Assembly (NCBI GenBank): GCA_947481575.1
Contig: CANKGV010000014.1
Coordinates: 2,903-66,902 of the forward strand
Source of the DNA: Alphaproteobacteria bacterium
GTDB lineage: Bacteria; Pseudomonadota; Alphaproteobacteria; UBA2966; CAIVPW01
Reading direction: 5' to 3'
Length of the DNA: 64,000 bases
In this document: piece by piece, positions 60,751 to 64,000 of the stretch
How the letters are laid out: each line of letters begins with the position of its first letter
How positions within the stretch are numbered: the first letter of the stretch is position 1
The notes under the pieces: model-generated
Told to the model about the DNA's origin: nothing
Database searches by the model: none
What the model saw: only the letters and a program-made list of their open reading frames with translations
Program-made: the position numbers and the translations under genes

Positions 60751-61932
60751 ATGCCCTCCTTCAATCCGCCGCTCCGCGTGCTGATGGGCCCCGGCCCCTC
60801 CGACGTTCACCCGCGCGTGCTGGCCGCCATGGCGCGGCCGACCATCGGTCACCTGGACCCGGCGTTCCAGGCGCTGATGGAGGACATGAAGGACATGCTG
60901 CGCTACGCGTTCCGCACCAAGAACCGGCTGACGATGCCTGCCTCCGGCCCCGGCTCCGTCGGCATGGAGACGTGCTTCGTGAACCTGGTTGAGCCCGGCG
61001 ACACGGTCATCGTGTGCCAGAACGGCGTGTTCGGCGGCCGCATGAAGGAGAACGTCGAGCGTTGCGGCGCCACTGCCGTGATGGTGATCGACGACTTCGG
61101 CAAGACCGTCGACCTCGACAAGGTGAAGAAGGCGATCGCCGACAACCCCAAGGCCAAAGTGCTGGCGTTCGTTCATGCCGAGACCTCCACGGGCGCCCGC
61201 GCCGATGCGGAAACGCTGTGCAAGATGGCGCAGGCCGCCGGCATGCTCACGATCGTCGATGCGGTTACCTCGCTCGGCGGCATCCCGCTCGAGGTCGACG
61301 CGTGGGGCATCGACGCGATCTATTCCGGTTCGCAGAAGTGCCTGTCGTGCACGCCGGGCCTGTCGCCGATCAGCTTCAGCGCGCGCGCGGAACAAGTGAT
61401 CAAGTCGCGCAACCGCAAGGTCCAGAGCTGGTTCATGGATATGTCGTTGATCATGAACTACTGGGAGGCCCAAGGCGGCGCACGCACCTACCACCACACG
61501 GCGCCGATCAATTCGCTGTACGGCCTGCACGAGTCCCTGGTGATGCTCAAGGAGGAAGGCCTGGAGGCCGCCTGGGCACGCCACAAGAAGAACCACATGG
61601 CCCTGCGCGACGGCCTTGTGGCCATGGGCCTGGAAATGCTCGTGGCGGAAAAGGACCGCCTGCCGCAGCTTAACGCCATCAAGATTCCCGCGGGCGTCGA
61701 CGAAGCGGCGGCGCGCAAGCGTCTGCTCACCGACTACAACCTCGAGATCGGCGCCGGCCTCGGCGCGCTCGCAGGCAAAGTCTGGCGCATCGGTTTGATG
61801 GGTGCGTCGAGCACCCCGAACCACGTCACTCTGTGCTTGGCCGCGCTGGAAGGCACCCTTGCCGCCGCAGGCGCCAAGATCAACCGCGGCGTGGCACAAG
61901 ACGCGGCGCGAAAGGTGCTGTTCGCGAGTTGA
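60751..61932 (+). CDS. Alanine-glyoxylate aminotransferase family (class V PLP enzyme)
   Basis: LMGPGPS, HLDP, VHAETSTG, VDAVTSLGG, SGSQKCLS (PLP Lys), YHHTAP, IGAGLG, WRIGLMG. Confidence 0.94.
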   Translation: MPSFNPPLRVLMGPGPSDVHPRVLAAMARPTIGHLDPAFQALMEDMKDMLRYAFRTKNRLTMPASGPGSVGMETCFVNLVEPGDTVIVCQNGVFGGRMKENVERCGATAVMVIDDFGKTVDLDKVKKAIADNPKAKVLAFVHAETSTGARADAETLCKMAQAAGMLTIVDAVTSLGGIPLEVDAWGIDAIYSGSQKCLSCTPGLSPISFSARAEQVIKSRNRKVQSWFMDMSLIMNYWEAQGGARTYHHTAPINSLYGLHESLVMLKEEGLEAAWARHKKNHMALRDGLVAMGLEMLVAEKDRLPQLNAIKIPAGVDEAAARKRLLTDYNLEIGAGLGALAGKVWRIGLMGASSTPNHVTLCLAALEGTLAAAGAKINRGVAQDAARKVLFAS

Positions 61933-62072
61933 GTTGCGGGCGGCGCACCGGCGCCTAGCCGCACACAACCGGAGCACATCCGCGCCCGCATGGACGCGGG
62001 CGCCACGGTGGCGCAGCGGCTATCTGCGGAACTGGGCGCCCGTCGCGCCGACACGCCGACCGGCGACGGCGC

Positions 62073-62813
62073 TTAGCGCGCCACCCTTGCCGTCGCTTGC
62101 TGCCGCGCGGGGGGATTGGCCGGCGGACCGGCGGGTGATTTGGCGCCAACCGCGGCTTTGGGCTTTGGCTGCGGCTTGGGCACGCCCATCTGCTCCAACA
62201 CCCACCGCCACAATGCCGCGATTTCCTGGGCGGGGCGCCCGTCCGGGAACATTTCTATGTAGGTGCGGCCGTTCGGCATCGGGTGCGACAGCGTCGGCCG
62301 GTCGGTAATCGCGATCGGCGCGATTGGCAGGTTGTAGCGGGCGAGCACACGGCGCGCTTGCTTCACCACCGGCATCTCATTGTCGCCGCGGCTGGCCGGC
62401 GCCGCGTTGATGACAATGCCGGCGGGCGCATTGATCTGCTGCAGCACGTCGACGGTGCGGCCGATGGCGCGCAGATCGTGCGGGCTCGGGCGGCAGGGTA
62501 CTAGGTTGAAATCCACCTGCTCGGCGATCACGTATGCGGCACGGTCGGCGCGCGGCGGCGTGTCGATGATGACCAGATTGAAGCCACGGCCTTCCGCTGC
62601 TTTCAGTGCCGCCGCCAAGTTCTTGGGGTGACAGGTGGCGAGCGCCGGAGTCTTGAGCCCGCGTGCGCGCCACCAGTCGGCAGCGGAGCGCTGTGGGTCG
62701 GTGTCGATCAGGGCGACCTTGACCCCGCGCATGGCGGCATACACTGCCAAGTGAGCGGCGAGCGTGGTCTTCCCGGCCCCGCCCTTTTGCGACAGAAGGC
62801 TGAACGACCTCAT
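62073..62813 (-). CDS. ParA-family ATPase (short, no N-terminal HTH)
   Basis: Deviant Walker A QKGGAGKTT, DTDPQRS, IIDTPP, plus a Pro/Lys/Ala-rich C-terminal tail. Confidence 0.88.
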   Translation of the reverse strand: MRSFSLLSQKGGAGKTTLAAHLAVYAAMRGVKVALIDTDPQRSAADWWRARGLKTPALATCHPKNLAAALKAAEGRGFNLVIIDTPPRADRAAYVIAEQVDFNLVPCRPSPHDLRAIGRTVDVLQQINAPAGIVINAAPASRGDNEMPVVKQARRVLARYNLPIAPIAITDRPTLSHPMPNGRTYIEMFPDGRPAQEIAALWRWVLEQMGVPKPQPKPKAAVGAKSPAGPPANPPARQQATARVAR

Positions 62814-63259
62814 TGGGCGTCGGATGACCCGATACGGCCGGCATCATCCCGATGGGCGAACCGAAAGACCCTTTGCATCGGTCTGATTCTAAACGCGAAT
62901 GGCGTCGTTATCCACCGCGCATCTCCAAGCCGGTCCAACAGTCGCATGCGTCTTCCGCGGCTCTGCCGCGTTAATTGGCAGGGGACAATGGCAGAGGCAG
63001 TTCTGCACGGCTGCGGCCCACACTCCACCCAACGGCTTTGCACGCACGGTCGCAGTCCTAGCGGCCGCCATCCGGCGCCAGTTAGCGGGCGGCATGACTC
63101 AAAGCCGCCGGCCACCGCGCCATGGGGTTGCTCGACCGCAAGGCACTATGGCTCGGACTGCCTGACAATCGGCTGACAAGCCGTGTCAACCGGCCATCAC
63201 GGCCCGCCCGCCAACGTGGCCGGGCTCCCTAACAGTTGCATACGAGTAGGGCCGCCGAC

Positions 63260-64000
63260 TTGGAACACCAAACGATCCCGCTCGCAGCCCAGGGCAGCGG
63301 AACCAGCCTGCAACGAGTCCGCGTCTGGGACCGGTTCGTGCGCGCGTTTCACTGGAGCCTAGTTGGCGCGATGGCGGTCGCGTTCGCCACCAGTCTCTTG
63401 CTCCCCAAGGAATGGGCCCTTATCCACGTCATCGACGGAACCGCGTGTGTCGCGCTGGTGGCCGCCCGTTTGGTGTGGGGATGGCTTGGCCCGGAGTACG
63501 CGCGGTTCGCGGCCTTCGTTCGCGGCCCGGCCGCCGTGATTGCCCACCTTCGCGACATTGCCGCCGGCCGGGTCCATCGGCACCGCGGTCACAATCCGCT
63601 GGGCGCGGCGATGATCGTGGCACTCTTGGCAGGCGTGGTCGTCCTGGGCGTTACCGGCACGGCGACACTTGGCGGTACGTTGAAATCGGGACCGCTGGCG
63701 TTTGCCCTATCGTTCGCCACCGGAAGCGCTGCGCGCGAAGTTCATGAACTGGTTGCCTACGCCGTGCTGGGCCTGATCGCTGCACACGTAGCCGGTGCGA
63801 TCTTCGAGAGCCGCCGCACGCGCGAAAATCTCGCCCTTAGCATGGTGACAGGGCTCAAAGAGGCGCGTTCCGGCGACGAAGTCCCGGCTGCCGTTCCTGC
63901 CCATGCTGTTCTGGCCGCAATTCTGTCCGTCACGCTGTTCGCCGCGTCCGGCTTCGCGGTGGCCACGTTGATGAAACGTCCGGCATTGGGAGCGCCGGTC
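63260..64000 (+). CDS. Cytochrome b/b6 domain membrane protein (3' end runs beyond the window)
   Basis: Absent from the ORF track. From TTG 63260 it reads ...VRVWDRFVRAFHWSL, IH, RLVWG..GPEYARF, GHNPLG, EVHE, AHVAG, ENL..SMVTG with no stop before 64000. Confidence 0.88.
   Translation, partial: MEHQTIPLAAQGSGTSLQRVRVWDRFVRAFHWSLVGAMAVAFATSLLLPKEWALIHVIDGTACVALVAARLVWGWLGPEYARFAAFVRGPAAVIAHLRDIAAGRVHRHRGHNPLGAAMIVALLAGVVVLGVTGTATLGGTLKSGPLAFALSFATGSAAREVHELVAYAVLGLIAAHVAGAIFESRRTRENLALSMVTGLKEARSGDEVPAAVPAHAVLAAILSVTLFAASGFAVATLMKRPALGAPV

Noticed and set aside
60751-61932. Aminotransferase as a serine-cycle serine-glyoxylate aminotransferase
   Set aside because: No hpr, mcl, mtk or other serine-cycle neighbours; the family is widespread.
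62814-63259. Short ORFs or a riboswitch in the gap between parA and the cytochrome b gene
   Set aside because: The ORFs lack RBS or family features, and no known riboswitch, tRNA or sRNA consensus was recognised by eye. An Rfam scan would be needed.

Overview
This is a high-GC bacterial chromosomal segment, most likely from an alphaproteobacterium (Rhodospirillales-like gene content and order; inferred, not searched). From left to right it contains: (1) the end of a urease accessory operon (ureE-partial, ureF, ureG, ureJ); (2) a DUF1800-DUF1501 pair; (3) a housekeeping backbone (M23 peptidase, DUF2093, xseA, purD, tadA, rluB-like, rsmD ... mutL, two M16 peptidases, DUF3035, lspA, ileS, ribF, quinone oxidoreductase); (4) an accessory redox block between rsmD and mutL, encoding a diheme cytochrome c, a pentapeptide-repeat fusion protein, a monoheme cytochrome c, an atypical PQQ dehydrogenase with a D-x-D lanthanide-type motif, and two degenerate SNase-fold proteins; (5) a ~27 kb surface-glycan locus headed by a wHTH regulator and a NusG/RfaH paralog; (6) a Sel1/PG-binding/trypsin protease, an MFS transporter, a lipoprotein, a class V aminotransferase, an orphan ParA, and a partial cytochrome b gene. 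Most of the redox block is bracketed by a 60-bp direct repeat that is the 3' end of one SNase gene, which resembles an integration scar. The glycan locus has neuB/neuC/neuA interleaved with a ThDP enzyme and two oxidoreductases, four methyltransferases, a sulfotransferase, a deacetylase, an MBOAT/SGNH pair, a 2OG-Fe oxygenase, a PglK/MsbA-type flippase and an O-antigen-ligase-family protein. No tRNA, rRNA, CRISPR array, integrase or transposase was recognised. All product calls come from motif recognition by eye; no database search was run.
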